64,000 bases of DNA from Malacoraja senta (taxonomy: Eukaryota). The DNA lies in NCBI GenBank assembly GCA_038087875.1, contig CM075997.1, forward strand, positions 3,784,001-3,848,000, in the 5' to 3' direction. Under the pieces are notes generated by a model, which saw nothing but the letters and a program-made list of their open reading frames with translations, did no database searches and was not told where the DNA came from. Shown piece by piece: positions 23,101 through 36,815 of this stretch (positions within the stretch are counted from its first letter, which is position 1; each line of letters opens with the position of its first letter). The position numbers and the translations under genes were made by a program.

Positions 23101-24325
23101 AAGGATGAGGGGGAAACCTCATTCCGAATAGTGAAAGCCCTGGATAGAGGATGTGGAGAGGATGTTTCCACTAGTGGGAGAATCTAGGACCAGAGGGCAC
23201 AGCCTCAGAATAAAAGGACGCACCTTTGGAAAGGAGTTGAGGAGGAATTTCTTTAGTCAGAGGGTGGTGAATCTGTGGAATTCATTGCCACAGACGGCTG
23301 TGGAGGCCAAGCAGAGGTAGAGGACATCACGGCTATGCTTGGCCAGGCCGACCCTGCAATGTCACCATGGCAACGGGCCTTCATGGTTAGGTCAAGATCC
23401 CTGCACTTACAACAACTGGGACTTGAAAATGGCGACTCTGTATTCTGAGTGTACTACTGTGTACTACTGCTATCCACTTGTACCAGATCCGAGATGCTGA
23501 ACTGTGACAATAAAGAGCCATTGAACCATTGATGAAGACCAAATTCAAAGACCAAATTATCTTGTGTTTCTTTGGACTGTAAAGTGCTTTTCTGAAGCCC
23601 CAGAGAAGTCTGGTTCAATGTGTCTGATTTCCGTGAAGTTCGGTCCAAGTTCCATGGCCCACTTCTAGGCAATGTTTCGAAAATAAACTCTGTAGGAATT
23701 TAGACTTTGCAGCGAGGAAACAGGCCCTTCGGCCCGCCGGGTCCGTGCTGGCCAGCGGTCACCCCGTACACTAGCACGATTCTACACACCAGGGACAAAT
23801 TACAATTTGCAGTCGCCAATGAACCTACAAACCTGCACGTCTTTGGAGTGTGGGAGGAAACCGGAGCTACTGGAGAAAACCCACGTGGTCACAGGGAGAA
23901 CGTACAAACTCCTTACAGACAGCTTTTCACTGGCTTTATCTTGCATTAAACATTCTTCCCAGCTGTTATCAGGCAACTGAACCATCCTACCACAACCAGA
24001 GAGCAGTCCTGAACTACCAGCTACCTCATTGGAGACCTTCGGACTTGGACTGGATTGGACTTTACTGACTTCATCTCGCATAAAACATTATTCACGTTAT
24101 TCTTTATCGTTTATCGGTACTCTGCGGACGGCTCGATTGTAATCCCGTGCAGTCTTTCCGCTGACTGGTTAGCACACAACAAAAGCTTTTCACTGTACCT
24201 CGGTACACGTGGCAATAAACTAAAGTCACGCTAGTCGGGATTGAACCTGGGATTGCCGCGCTGTGAGGCAGCAACTCTACCGTTGCGCCACCGTGCCACC
24301 CTGGAATGAGTGGGGGTTCTGATAA

Positions 24326-24697
24326 AGGGCCTGTCCCACCTACGCGACCTCTACAGGCGACTGCAAGCACCCGTGATAGCTCGCCGAAATTTTCAACATG
24401 TTGAAAATTCAGCGGCGACCAGAAAGATGCTACGACTCTTTGGAGACCTCTCACCACCATAGGAGACCTCTCATGACCATGGTTGTGAGAGGTCCCCTAT
24501 GGTCATGAGAGGTCACCCGCGACGTCGCCAGGGGTCGCCTGTATGGTCGTGAGAGGTCTCCTATGGTCGTGACGTGTCTTCAAAGAGTCGTAGCGTCTTT
24601 CTGGTCCCCGCTGAATTTTCAACATGTTGAAAATTTCGGCGAGCTATCACGGGTGCCAGCAGTCGCCTGTAGAGGTCGCGTAAGTGGGACAGGCCCT
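24326..24697. mobile_element. Harbinger-type MITE with long (~150 bp) inverted arms
   Basis: Same terminal TIR; the arms are near-perfect reverse complements, so the ORF track gives near-identical peptides on both strands. Confidence 0.87.
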
Positions 24698-26205
24698 CAA
24701 CCTTACTTCTGCTCTCCCTCATCCCCCCGACCCGGGCCTTTTGAAACCCGACGCTGTAATTTTAGACGTGATAAACAAACAAGTAAGTTTGGATTTGACA
24801 ATGAGGAGCTACCCGATACCAGCCTACAGTATTTGCCTTTGGTTCTCCCCTTACAATAGTCTTAAGATGCATCCCACACACAGGGGGTGATAGATAACGG
24901 CCTCCTCAAGTTTCCCCATCTCATTGGCCAAGTTCCCTGTGCACAAACAGTCTTCTCTGTAAATAAACTTTAGTTGTTTCTCTGTTGTCGATAGCCTTGA
25001 GTTGAGAGCTTCTGTAGGGTTTGGCAGCGCTTTGAAGTGACTGCTTTTGAAAGGACTGTTTGCACAAGTCCCATTCCCCCTCCTTGATCCATATCTGCCG
25101 CTTTCCTCCTCTCTTCAAAGTGGTTCCCTAATTAAGCCTTCCTCCCAGGGTTGCAGCAAAAACAAAAACAGGTGAAACCTAACGGTTTGGTCGCACGTAA
25201 TGGTGACCCTTTGCTGACTGTTGTCGAGTAGATTTTCGTGTAAAGCTTTTTCCTCGACTCATGAAAAGTTAGCACTTTTCACAGCCATCGATGCTCAGTT
25301 TACACAACAAGCTATCGGCATCTTCGACTGCTTTGCGCCATTAGCCAGTCCGAAGATGGGTCTCAACCCGAAACGTCACCTATTCCTTTTCTCCAGAGAC
25401 GCTGTCTGTCCCGCTGAGTTACTCCAGCTTTTAGTGTCTATCTTCGGTTTAAACCAGCGTCTGCAGTTCATAGAAACATAGAAACATAGAAAATAGGTGC
25501 AGGAGGAGGCCATTTGGCCCTCCGAGCCAGCACCGCCATTCATTGTGATCATGGCTGATCATCTACAATCAGTAACCCGTGCCTGCCTTCTCCCCATATC
25601 CCTTGATTCCGCTAGCCCCTAGAGCTCTATCTAACTTCCATCCAAAACAGCCTGCCTTTAGTTTCTAGTTTTAGAGATACAGCGCAGAAACAGGCCCTTC
25701 GGCCCACCGAGTCCATGCCGACCAGCGATCCCCGCACATTAACACTATCCTACACACTCTGGGAACAATTTACAATTATACCAAGTTAATTAACGTACAA
25801 ATGTTTGGAGTGTGGGAGGAAACCGGATATGTCGGTGAAAACCTGCGCAGGTCAGTTGAGTTTAGTTTAGTTTATTGTCACGTGTACCGAGGTACAGTGC
25901 AAAGCTTTTGTTGCGTGCTATCACGGGGAGAACGTGCAAACTCCGTACAGACGGCACCCGTAGTCGGGACCGAACCCGGGTCCCTGGCGCTGTGAGGCAG
26001 CAACTCTACCGCTGCGCCACCGTGCCTCCGTGCTGCCCACAAACTACCCTGCCCTTCCTTCTCTCCCGATGGTGTTAACTCACAATGGGATGGGTCTCCT
26101 CCACTGCCTCTCTCTGTTCCATCCACAGGTCAAGGATTTCAGCTGCGGGGTTAGCTAGAACAAGCGGGAAATTGGGCAGATGAGATTGTCAGAGGCAGGT
26201 GTTAA

Positions 26206-26696
26206 AGGACTTGTCCCACTTGGCCGTCATTTGCACCTCATTTGCGCATTATATGTAAATTAGGTCGGCGCGTCGTGACGCATGGGGTGCGCATGCGTTG
26301 CGCATGGTGAGGCGTGGAATCGTATCCGGTGGCACGCGGTATCGCGCGGCTCTCCAGGATTTTGTACAGGAACGAAATCCTCGCGCGCCACCTGCGTGAT
26401 GTATCGCGTACGCATGCTGATGCATTGGGTACGCAGGCTGACGCATTGGCGTCGTACGCTGGCGTCCCGACGTCTCACGTGTATCGCGTGGTGACGCATG
26501 GTTATGTCACCGTACGTTAACGTCCTTACGTCCTCGCGTCAACGTCCTGCCGCGGGGTATTCTAATGACGTCACGCGCACCAGACGGCTGTGCTGACGCG
26601 TGATTTGCGCGCGACGTCGCACATCACGACGCGTCGACCTATTTTACATATGACGTGTAAATGAGGCGCAAATGACGGCCAAGTGGGACAGGCCCT
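26206..26696. mobile_element. Harbinger-type MITE, CpG-rich subfamily
   Basis: TIR (A)GG(A)C(T)TGTCCCACTTGGCCGTCATTTGC; internal sequence shared with 60506-61000. Confidence 0.85.
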
Positions 26697-28219
26697 TTAG
26701 GATTTAAATAGGGCAGAGAGGGGAATGAGTGAGGCAGGTTTCTACACAGGCTAGTTTAGCTTAGTTTTAGAGACACAGCGTGGAAACAGGCACTTCGGCC
26801 CACCGAGTCCGCACCTACCAGCGATCCCCCACACACTAAAAGGTCTTCAACATGACACTTTTTCAAACTCTCCTAAACTGTTCTAAACTCGCCAATTAGG
26901 TCGCTGCAGTGGGACAGCCCCTTAACAGTACCCTACACACACCAGGGACAATTGTACAATATACCAAGCCAAATAGCTTTGAGGGAGGGACAAGACAGTG
27001 GCGCAGCAGTAGAGTTGCTGCCTCACAGCACCAGAGACCCGGGTTCGATCCTGACCTCGGGTGCTGTCTGTACGGAGTTTGTACAATCTCCCCGTGACCT
27101 TGTGGGTTTTCTCCAGGTGCTCCGGTTTCCTCCCACATCAAAAGAATGTGCAGGTTTTTTTAGGTTATTTGGCTTCTGTAAATTGCCCCTAGTGGGTAGG
27201 ATAACACTAGTGTAAGGTGGGGGGGGTCGTTGGTCAGCAGGGACTCGGTGGGTCGAAGGGCCTGTTTCCACGCTAAACTAGTTCTATCCTACACACACTG
27301 GGGACAACTTACAGAAGCAAATTAACCTACAAACCTGCACGACTTTGGGTTGTGGGTGGAAGCTGGAGCGCCCGGAGAAAGCCCACGCTGTCACAGGGAG
27401 AACGTGCAAACTCCGTACAGACAGCACCCGTAGTAAACATAGAAACATAGAAAAACATAGGAAATAGGTACAGGAAAAGGCCATTCGGCCCTTCGAGCCT
27501 CTGGTCTTTGGAGCTTCTGAGCTACCTGCTGCAGGCTGCAGCCCAACTTAGAAACATAGAAAATAGGCGCAAGAGTAGGCCATTCGGCCCTTCGAGCCAG
27601 CCGACATTCTATATGATCGTGGCTGATCATCCAAAATCAGTATCCCGTTCCTGCTTTCTTCCCATATCCCTTGATTCTGTTAGCCCTAAGAGTTAAATCT
27701 AACTCTCTCTTTGAAAACATCCAGTGAATTGGCCTCCACTGCCTTCTGTGGCAGAGAATTCCACAGATTCACAGCTCTCCAGGGTGAAAATATTTTTTCC
27801 TCATTTCAGTCCTAAATGGCCGACCCCTTATTCTTAAACTGGTACCCTTGGTCGGGACTCCCCCAACATGGGGAAAGTTTTTCCTGAAGTCAGGATCGAA
27901 CCTGGGTCCCTGGCGCTGTGAGGCAGCAACTCTACCGCTGCGCCACCCTGCTGCACCTTTTGGATGAAGTCTGTGGGGGGACAAGTGTTAAATCTTTAAG
28001 TCCGGACATTGCCTAGGGACAGACTGAAAACACATTGCTGTTTTCCTCGGATGGTGGCAAGACAAAACAGGGATGTGGACTTCCCGGGAATGGACATAAT
28101 ACTGCCCTGTGTTGGCATTAATTCAGCATCCGTGACTCTGCGTTCTGGGCTTTGGACAAGGGAGCTCTGAGTATGCTTCTAAAACACCAACGCAAGGGGA
28201 GACTTGTCCTTAAGAGGTG

Positions 28220-28560
28220 TAGTTTAGTTTAGTTTAGTTTAGTTTAGTTTAGTTTAGTTTAGTATAGAGACACAGCGTGGAAACAGGCCCTTCGGCCCAC
28301 CGAGTCCACACCAACCAGCGATCCCGCACACTAACACTATCCTAGGGACAACTTACACATACACCAAGCCAATTAACCTGCAAACCCATCTGTCTTTGGA
28401 GTGTGGGAGGAGATCGAAGATCTTGGAGAAAACCCACGCAGGTCACGGGGAGAACGTACAAACTCCGTACAGGACAGCGCCCGTGGCCGGGATCGAACCC
28501 GCGTCTCTGGGCGCTGCAAGCCTGTAGGGAAGCAACCTCTTCCGGTTGCGCCACCGTGCC
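28220..28560 (-). mobile_element. HE1-like V-SINE with a long (TTTAG)n tail
   Basis: Reverse complement of the consensus. Confidence 0.85.
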
Positions 28561-30204
28561 GTTAGTTTTCAGAGGTCAGAGATCAGCCATGATTGAATGG
28601 CTGGGCCGACGGGCCGAATGGCCTAATTCTACTCCTGTAATCCGTGAACTTGTAAAGAAGTCCTCCTGGAAATGCATGAGACGTGGGCAGACGCCGTTCA
28701 TCCTAATTTCCTGTGAGCTCACTCTGGCCAGGGAAGCTCACCAGTAATTCCACCTCCTCAGAAGCTAAGGATTTTCCAATAACTTTCCACAGTGGCAAGG
28801 TGGCGCAGCGGTAGAGTAGCTGCCTTACGGCTCCAAAGACCCCGGTTCGATCCTGACCTCGGGCGCTGCTGAACGGAGTTTGCACGTTCTCCCCGTGACT
28901 GCGTGGGTTTTCTCCGGGTGCTCTGGTTTCCACCCACACTCCAATGATGTGCAGGTTTGTAGGTTAATTGGCTCATGTAAAATTGTAAATTGTCCCCTGG
29001 TGTGTCGGATAGTGCTAGTGTACGGGGAGATCGCTGGTCGGCATGCTTAATCTCTATAGCTTAAAGTCTAAAGGTCTACAAACACAATACTCAATAAATA
29101 TTATAATATTATAAAACAAACAAAATAAGTTAATGTCATAGGAGCAGAATTAGGCCATTCGGCCCATTGTCTTCTCTGTTATTCAATCATCTGATCTATC
29201 TTTCCCTCAATCCCATTCCCCTGCCTTCTCCTCATAACGCTTGATGCCCTTGCCAACCAGGTATCTGTCAATCTCCACCTTGACAATACCCAATGACTTG
29301 GCCTCCACAGCCGTCCGTGGCTATTTCACCACCCTCGGTGAGAATTGGCTTTGGTGAGAATTGTAAATTGTCCCTAATTGTGCAGGATAGTGTTAGTGTG
29401 CAGGGATCGCCTGTTTCCGTGCTGTATCTCTAAACTAGGCTGAGAAAACTAAAAAGTGGATAGCAGGAGTTTGGCCCCAACACCTTTGCTGAACCTGGTC
29501 ATACATTGCCCCGACCAGCTAAGAACAAGACTTACTTCCACAGATACATGTGGGCCTTCAGCCGGGGTCCCTGGACAGAGTCGAGGGCGGAGGAAAAGGG
29601 ACAAGTGTTGCAATCCAACATTGACGGTTTATAATTTAGTTTAGGTATATAATGCTTGACAGCAGTAGGCCTCTACTGGTTGGAGTTTAGGAGTTTGAGG
29701 GGGGACCTCATTGAAACATACAGAATAATGAAAGGCATAGGTAGAGTGGATGTGGAGAGGATGTTTCCACTGGTGGGAGACAATAAACAATAGACAATAG
29801 ACAATAGACAATAGGTGCAGGAGTAGGCCATTCGGCCCTTCGAGCCAGCACCGCCATTCAATGTGATCATGGCTGATCATCCCCAATCAGTACCCCATTC
29901 CTGCTTTCTCCCCATATCCCCTGACTCCGCTATCTTTAAGAGCCCTATCTAGCTCTCTCTAGGACCAGAGGTCACAGCCTCAGAGTTAAAGGGTGCTCTT
30001 CTAGAAAGGTGAGGAGGAATTTCTTTAGTCAGAGGGTAGTTTAATCTGTGGAACTCATTGCCACAGAGGGCTGTGGAGGCCATGTCAGTGGATATTTTTG
30101 AGGCAGAGATTGACAGATTCTTGATTAGAACGGGTGTCAAGGGTCATGGGGAGAAGGCGGGGAAAATGGGATTAGGAGGCAGAGATCAGCCATGATCTGC
30201 CACC

Positions 30205-30570
30205 CTGACAATGGAGGAGACCTAAGACGGAAAGGTCAGTGTGGGAATGGGAAGGGGAATTAAAGTGTTTGGCAACCGGGAGATCAGGTTGGTTCAGGCG
30301 GGCTGAGCGAAGGTGTTCAGCGAAACGATTGCCCAGTCTGCGTTTGGTCTCACCGATGTAGAAGAGTTTCAACAGCGGATATGGATGAAGTTGGAGAGGG
30401 TGCAAGTGAACCTCTGCCTAACCTGAAAGGACTGCTGGGGTCCCTGGACAGAATCGAGGGCAGAGGAAAAGGGACAGGTGTTGCATCTCCTGCGGTTGCA
30501 GGGGAAGGTACATGGGGAGGGGGTGGTTTGGGCGGGAAGGGATGAGTTAACCAGGGAGCTGTGGAGGGGC
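30205..30570 (-). mobile_element. Penelope-like element fragment, GIY-YIG endonuclease
   Basis: FYIGETKRRLGNRFAEHLRS...PVAKHFNSPSHSHTDLSVLGLLHC. Confidence 0.88.
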
Positions 30571-31394
30571 CTTGCGTAGTCTTAGCTTTGAACATAGAAA
30601 CATAGAAAAATAGGTGCCGGAGTAGGCCATTCGGCCCTTCGAGCCATTCAATATGATCGTCTAAAATCAGTACCCCGTTCCTGCTTTCTCCCCATATCCC
30701 TTGATCCCATTAGCCCTAAGAGCTAAATCTAACTCTCTCTTGAAAACATCCAGTGAATCGGCCTCCACTGCCTTCTGTGGCAGAGAATTCCACAGATTCA
30801 CAACTCTCTGGGTGAAAAAGCTATTCCCCATCTCAGTCCTAAATGGCCGACCCCTTGTTCTTAAACTGTGACAACCTTGGTTCTGGACTCCCCCCAACAT
30901 GGGGAACATTTTATTCCTGGCATCTAGCCTGTCCAATCCTTTGTATCTGCAGCGTGTGAGTAAACGAGCCCAGCGTTTGTCCACTGTGGTGGATGTTGAC
31001 AAAGGGATTTTATGTGGACCTGCATTGAGTGCCAGGAGCAGGAATTACCAGTCTTGTGCATAATTTAATATTAATTTGGCAATCTTTGAGCCACAGACGC
31101 ACAGCGGGGAGGTGATATCGGGCACTCTCCGTCTCTAATCGTCTCGAGATAATCTCCGAGCTGCTGCTGCTGCCGCGTTTTACAGCATTGCCAATGTATT
31201 AAAAGTAGCGTTTAGTCGAACAAATCCCGTCATTTTGTTAATTGGAGGAGGCCACAATGAGAACGCAGGCTCTGTTTTTCAAAATGTGAAAGCCCTCCAG
31301 TGACGGGGCGTTGGGTCATTAATTCACCAGGCGGCAGGCAGAGAGTAGGCGAGGTGCCAGCGCTGGGGAGGGCATGGGGGGGAGCGCGGCAGGG

Positions 31395-32403
31395 ATGATG
31401 ACCTCGAAAAGATCATCCACGCATTTATCTCCTCCCGCCTCGATTACTGCAACTCCCTTTACTCCCAGGCTTGGACCACGCTAGAGGCAGGAAACATGTT
31501 CCCGATGTTTGGGGAGTCCAGAACCAGGGGCCACAGTTTAAGAATAAGGAGTAAGCCATTTAGAACGGAGACGAGGAAACACTTTTTCTCACAGAGAGTT
31601 GTGAGTCTGTGGAATTCTCTGCCTCAGAGGGCGGTGGAGGCCGGTTCTCTGGATACTTTCAAGAAAGAGCTAGATAGGGGGCTTAAAAATAGCGGAGTCA
31701 GGGGTTATGGGAAGAAGGCAGGAACGGGGTACTGATTGGGGATGATCAGCCATGATCACATTGAATGGCGGTGCTGGCTCAAAGGGCCAAATGGCCTACT
31801 CCTGCACCTATTGTCTATTGTCTATTGTCTATTGGCATCAGCCAATCTTCCCTGTCCCGCCTGCATCTGGTCCAAAACGCCGCAGCGAGACTCCCTGATG
31901 GGCACCCGAAAAAAAGGGACCACATCACCCCGATTCTGTCCCTCTCCACTGGCTCCCTGTGCGGTTCCGAATAAATTTCAAGATCCTTCTTTATGTTTAC
32001 AAAGCCCTTAACGGGCTCGCCCCCACCTACATCAAAAGTCTGCTTTCCCACCACACCACCTCCAGGTCCCTCAGATCGGCCGACTTGGGTTACTGAACGT
32101 CTAGGCATAAGCTCAAGGGGCGACCGCGCCTTTGCGGTTGCAGCTCCTAGACTGTGGAACAGCATCCCTCTTCCCATCAGAACTGCCCCCTCCATCGACT
32201 CCTTTAAGTCGAGACTTAAAACACATCCTTACTCTCAAGCCTTTCTTGATGTCCTCTGAGTGAGGGCTATATGTATGTATTTATGTATGTACTTAATCTA
32301 TGAACCACTGTTATATAACGTTAGTACCTCCACCAATGTAAAGCACTTTGGTCAACGAGAGTTGTTTTTTAAATGTGCTGTAGAAATAAAAGTGACTTGA
32401 CTT
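31395..32403 (+). mobile_element. L2 LINE 3' fragment with a nested CR1 3' fragment (~31465-31833)
   Basis: DLEKIIHAFISSRLDYCNSLY | GISQSSLSRL.LVQNAAARL...GDRAFAVAAPRLWNSIP..FKSRLKT; (GACTT)n tail. Confidence 0.88.
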
Positions 32404-32827
32404 GAGGGAAGAGAGGACGCTAAAACATGCCGGAAGGAACTGCAGATGCCGGTCTACAGCGACGGTAGACTCACAATGCTGGAGTATGGTACGGTATGGC
32501 ATGGGACCTCATTTGCCACGTGCACCAAGACACAGTGAAATTCATTTTTGTGTACACTTCAGTACAAGTTTCACTACACAGAGGCACTTCGACACATATT
32601 AGGTAAGCATTGGATAGACACAAAATGCTGGAGTAACTCAGCGGGAAAAGCTGAGTCAAAGGTCAAAGTCAAATTTATTCGTCAGGCCACATGCACCAAC
32701 TAAGGTAGAGTGAAATGAATTTACCAGCAGCGATACACTTGAAAATATTCAATATTTTTCCTACATATTAGATCTCTGGAGAGAAGGAATGGGTGACGTT
32801 TCGGGTTGAGACCCTGAAGATGGGTTA

Positions 32828-33053
32828 ATGGCCTGTCCCACTTGGCCGTCATTTGCGCGTCACGCAGATGGCGGGCGAAGATTTTGTACATCACAAAATC
32901 CTGGGGTGCCGTGCGCGACCGCGCGTCACTGCCTATGTCATCACGCACCATGCGCGCATCACGTGCGAGTCACGACGTGTGCGACGTGCGTCGTGACGCG
33001 TAAATGATGTCGCGTAAATTACGTGCAAATGACGGCCAAGTGGGACAGGCCCT
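32828..33053. mobile_element. Harbinger-type MITE inserted in a Penelope repeat
   Basis: TIRs with a TTA TSD. Confidence 0.85.
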
Positions 33054-34889
33054 TTACTCCAGCATTTTGTGCCTGTCTTCGGTTTAAACCAGCATCTGCA
33101 GTTCCTTCCTGCATATTGGAAAAGCACCTCAGATACAGTGCAAGGGTGTAGTGGTATTACACACTGAGACAATATACAGAGTATCTGGACAGAGGAATGG
33201 GTGACGTTTCGGGTCTGGAGCTAAAACGTTACCCGTTCCTTCTCTCCAGTGATGCTGCCTGTCCCTCTGAGTTACTCCAGCTTTTTGTGTCTACGGTTTA
33301 AACCAGCATCTGCAGTTCCTTCCGACACAGTATACAGAGACTGCAGTTTCCAAGTCCCAGTTGTTGTGAGTGCAGGGATCTAGACCTGACCATGAAGGCC
33401 CGTTGCTATGGCGACGTTGCAGGGTCGGCCTGGCCAAGCGTGGCCGTGGTGTACTCCGCCGCTGCTCCACCGCTGTAGGCCGCGTGCGGTCCACGTGCTG
33501 GGCCTCGTGGAGCGGCGCCCCGGTCCAGCGGGTGGGACCGGGAGGGAGCTGAGACGTCGGATGCAAGGAGCAAGTGCCAGTGGGAGGGTGAACCAGGGTA
33601 ATGCCTCCATCTGCAGCTACTAGGTCGGCTGCAGGAGGCGCCCCCGGGGCAGGCGGGCGAGGAGAGGAGAGGGACATAGGTTCGCAGAAACTGCTCCAGT
33701 ACATCGAGCGCGCGGGCCGACCGGACTTTGAATAATGGCGCCCGCATGTGTAATACATACAAAAAGAACTGCACGGTGCAGCTGCATCTGCGACACATAA
33801 AACACCAGTGAGAGAACTATTGGGGTCAGGCAACATCTCTGGTGAAAAGGAATAGGTGACGATTTGGGTCGAGACCCTTCTTCAGACTGAGATTCAGGGG
33901 AGACGGAAACTAGGGGTATGTAAAGGTACAGAACTGGCAAGGAGCCCACAATGGTCCATTGTTGGCTGTTGAGGAGGTGATAACAAAGGGATCCGAACAG
34001 TGAAACTAGCAGGATGACCAGTTGATTTCACTCATCCATAAGCGTTGAGGTTCAACATGAAAGGCTCCGACTTTCTTTCACTAACAGCTCAATGATCTGT
34101 GCAGGGCATGAGTCATGTGCCCACAGCAGGCCGACTGACATCATTGAGAAATCAACCTCTATTCCTTCTCTGGCTTCACAATTCTCACCTTTGGACTTGA
34201 AAGATACAGCGCAGAAACAGGCCCTTCGGCCCTCTGAGTTTGTACTGACCAGCAATCATCCCGTTTACTAGCACCATCCTACACACTAGGGATCATTTGC
34301 AATTTTACCAAAGTCAATTAACCTATAAATCTGTTCATCTTTGGAGTGCGGGAGGAAACCGGAGCCCCCGGAGAAAACCCACGCGGTCACATGAAGAACG
34401 TGCAAACTCCATACAGACAGCACCCGTGTTCAGGATCGAACCCGGGTGTCTGGCGTTTTAAGACAGCAGCTCTACCGCTGCGTCACTGTGCTGCCCTTCT
34501 ATACTTTCTGCCTCTTCAACTCTGGCCTTTTGTCCAACCATCTGCCTATCAACACCCCTCTATCCCCTCCGTCAGCTGTATCCACCTATCACTCCTCATC
34601 TTTAATGTGTTGGACCCGACGAAGTCATCGTTGTTCACACTACATTAGGACTTTGATAATCCAGTATTATCGACACTCTGGCCAGGGAAACTCACCAATG
34701 CCCCTACATCCGCGCAAGGCTAAGGTTATCCGGAAATTTGCCAGTAAAGTGGCGCAGCGGTAGAGTTGTTGCCTTACAGCGCTCGCAGCGCCGGAGACCC
34801 GGTTCGATCCTGACTACGGGTGCTGTCTGTACGGAGTTTGTACGTTCTCCCCGTGACCACGTAGGTTTTCTCCGAGATCTTCGGTTTCC

Positions 34890-35089
34890 NNNNNNNNNNN
34901 NNNNNNNNNNNNNNNNNNNNNNNNNNNNNNNNNNNNNNNNNNNNNNNNNNNNNNNNNNNNNNNNNNNNNNNNNNNNNNNNNNNNNNNNNNNNNNNNNNNN
35001 NNNNNNNNNNNNNNNNNNNNNNNNNNNNNNNNNNNNNNNNNNNNNNNNNNNNNNNNNNNNNNNNNNNNNNNNNNNNNNNNNNNNNNNNN
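34890..35089. other. Assembly gap (200 N)
   Basis: Run of N that cuts a SINE. Confidence 1.
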
Positions 35090-35871
35090 CCTACCCGATG
35101 CCCTTCTGTAGGGTTTTGCCCAGAGTACTTACCTCTGCCAACCCCTACCTCCATGGCCAAGGGGTTGACCACATGAATAGTTCAGTTTCGTTTGGAGATA
35201 CAGGCCAACTGACTCCGCAACGACCAGCGATCCCCAAACACTAACACTACCCCACACGCATTAGGGACAATTTACATTTATACCAAGCCAATTAACCTGG
35301 GAGATTGCAACCTTCACGTGGTCCACCCTGTCTCGACGAATTCAATCAACCTGGCGTGCACGGTCAAATAGAACAAATTGCCCTACAACTTTAGGCTGTG
35401 CACGCCATACGCAGGAACAAGGCCAGCAAACCTGTGCGTCTTTGGAGTGTGGCAGTTCCTAATTTGAGGAAGGACAGAGGCTGTCACTGAGTGATACAGC
35501 GTGGAAACACGCCCTTCGGCCCAACTTGCCCACGCTGACCAACATGTCCCATCTACACTTGTCCCACCTGCCTGCGTTTGGCCAAACCCCTCTAAGCCTA
35601 TTCTATCCATGTACCTGTCCAAATGTTTCTTAAATGTAGTTCCTGCCTCAACTACCTCTTCCGGCAGCTCATTCCATACACCCGTGTAAAAAAGTTGCCC
35701 CTCAGGTTCCTATTAAACCCCACCTCAACTTTTTTAGTTTAATTTAGTTTAGTTTACCATTATCTCATGTACCGAGGTACAGCGAAAATAATTTTAGTTG
35801 CGTGCTATCCAGTCAGCGAAAATGATTACTATACATGACTACAATCAAGGCGTCCACAGCGTACGGATATA

Positions 35872-36096
35872 AGGGCCTGTCCCACTTGGCCGTCATTTGC
35901 GCGTCACGCAGATGGCGCGCGAAGATTTTGTACATCCCAAAATCCTGGGGTGCCGCGCACAACCGCGCGTCACTGCCTACGTCACCGCGCACCATGCACG
36001 TGTAATGCACACCATGCGCGCATCACGTGCGTCATGACCCGTAAATGATGTCGCGTAAATTACACGCACAAATGAGGCCCAAGTGGGACAGGCCCT
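35872..36096. mobile_element. Harbinger-type MITE
   Basis: Same TIRs and internal sequence as 32828-33053. Confidence 0.85.
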
Positions 36097-36271
36097 ACAG
36101 GATCAAACTTAAATTGACCGTCACTTTGGCCACTTCCCCACCACATTACCCCACTAAACGTTACTAAAAGTTATTCCCTTATCCTGTATCTGTACACGGT
36201 AAAGGGCTCGATTGTAATCATGTATTGTCTTCCTGCTGACTGGTAGGCACGCAACAACAGCCTTTCACTGT

Positions 36272-36815
36272 ACAATAGACAATAGACAATAGACAATAGA
36301 CAATAGACAATAGACAATAGACAATAGGTGCAGGAGTAGGCCATTCGGCCCTTCGAGCCAGCACCGCCATTCAATGTGATCATGGCTGATCATCCCCAAT
36401 CAGTACCCCGTTCCCGCCTCCTCCCCATATCCCCTGACTCCGCTATTTTTAAGAGCCCTATCTAGCTCTCTCTTGAAAGCATCCAGAGAACCGGCCTCCA
36501 CCGCCCTATGTGGCGGAGAATTCCACAGACTCACCACTCTCTGTGAGAAAAAGTGTTTCCTCGTCTCTGTTCTAAATGGCTTACCCCTTATTCTTAAACT
36601 GTGGCCCCTGGTTCTGGACTCCCCCAACATCGGGAACATGTTACCTGCCTCTAGCGTGTCCAAACCCTTAACAATCTTATGTGTTTCAATGAGATTCCCT
36701 CTCATCCTTCTAAACTCCAGAGTATACAAGCCCAGCTGCTCCATTCTCTCAGCATATGCCAGTCCCGCCATCCCGGGAATTAACCTTGTAAACCTACGCT
36801 GCACTCCCTCAATAG
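36272..36815 (-). mobile_element. CR1 LINE 3' fragment with (CTATTGT)n tail, nested in a Rex1-type UTR
   Basis: QRRFTRLIPGMAGL...GYGEEAGTGY. The host sequence TTTCACTGTA|CCTCGGTACATGTGACAATAAA resumes after it. Confidence 0.9.

Noticed and set aside
33291..33949. Overlapping 100-180 aa ORFs
   Set aside because: Expected in GC-rich DNA; they run into Penelope repeats and show no motifs.
34738..35244. ORFs spanning the N run
   Set aside because: Artefacts of the assembly gap.
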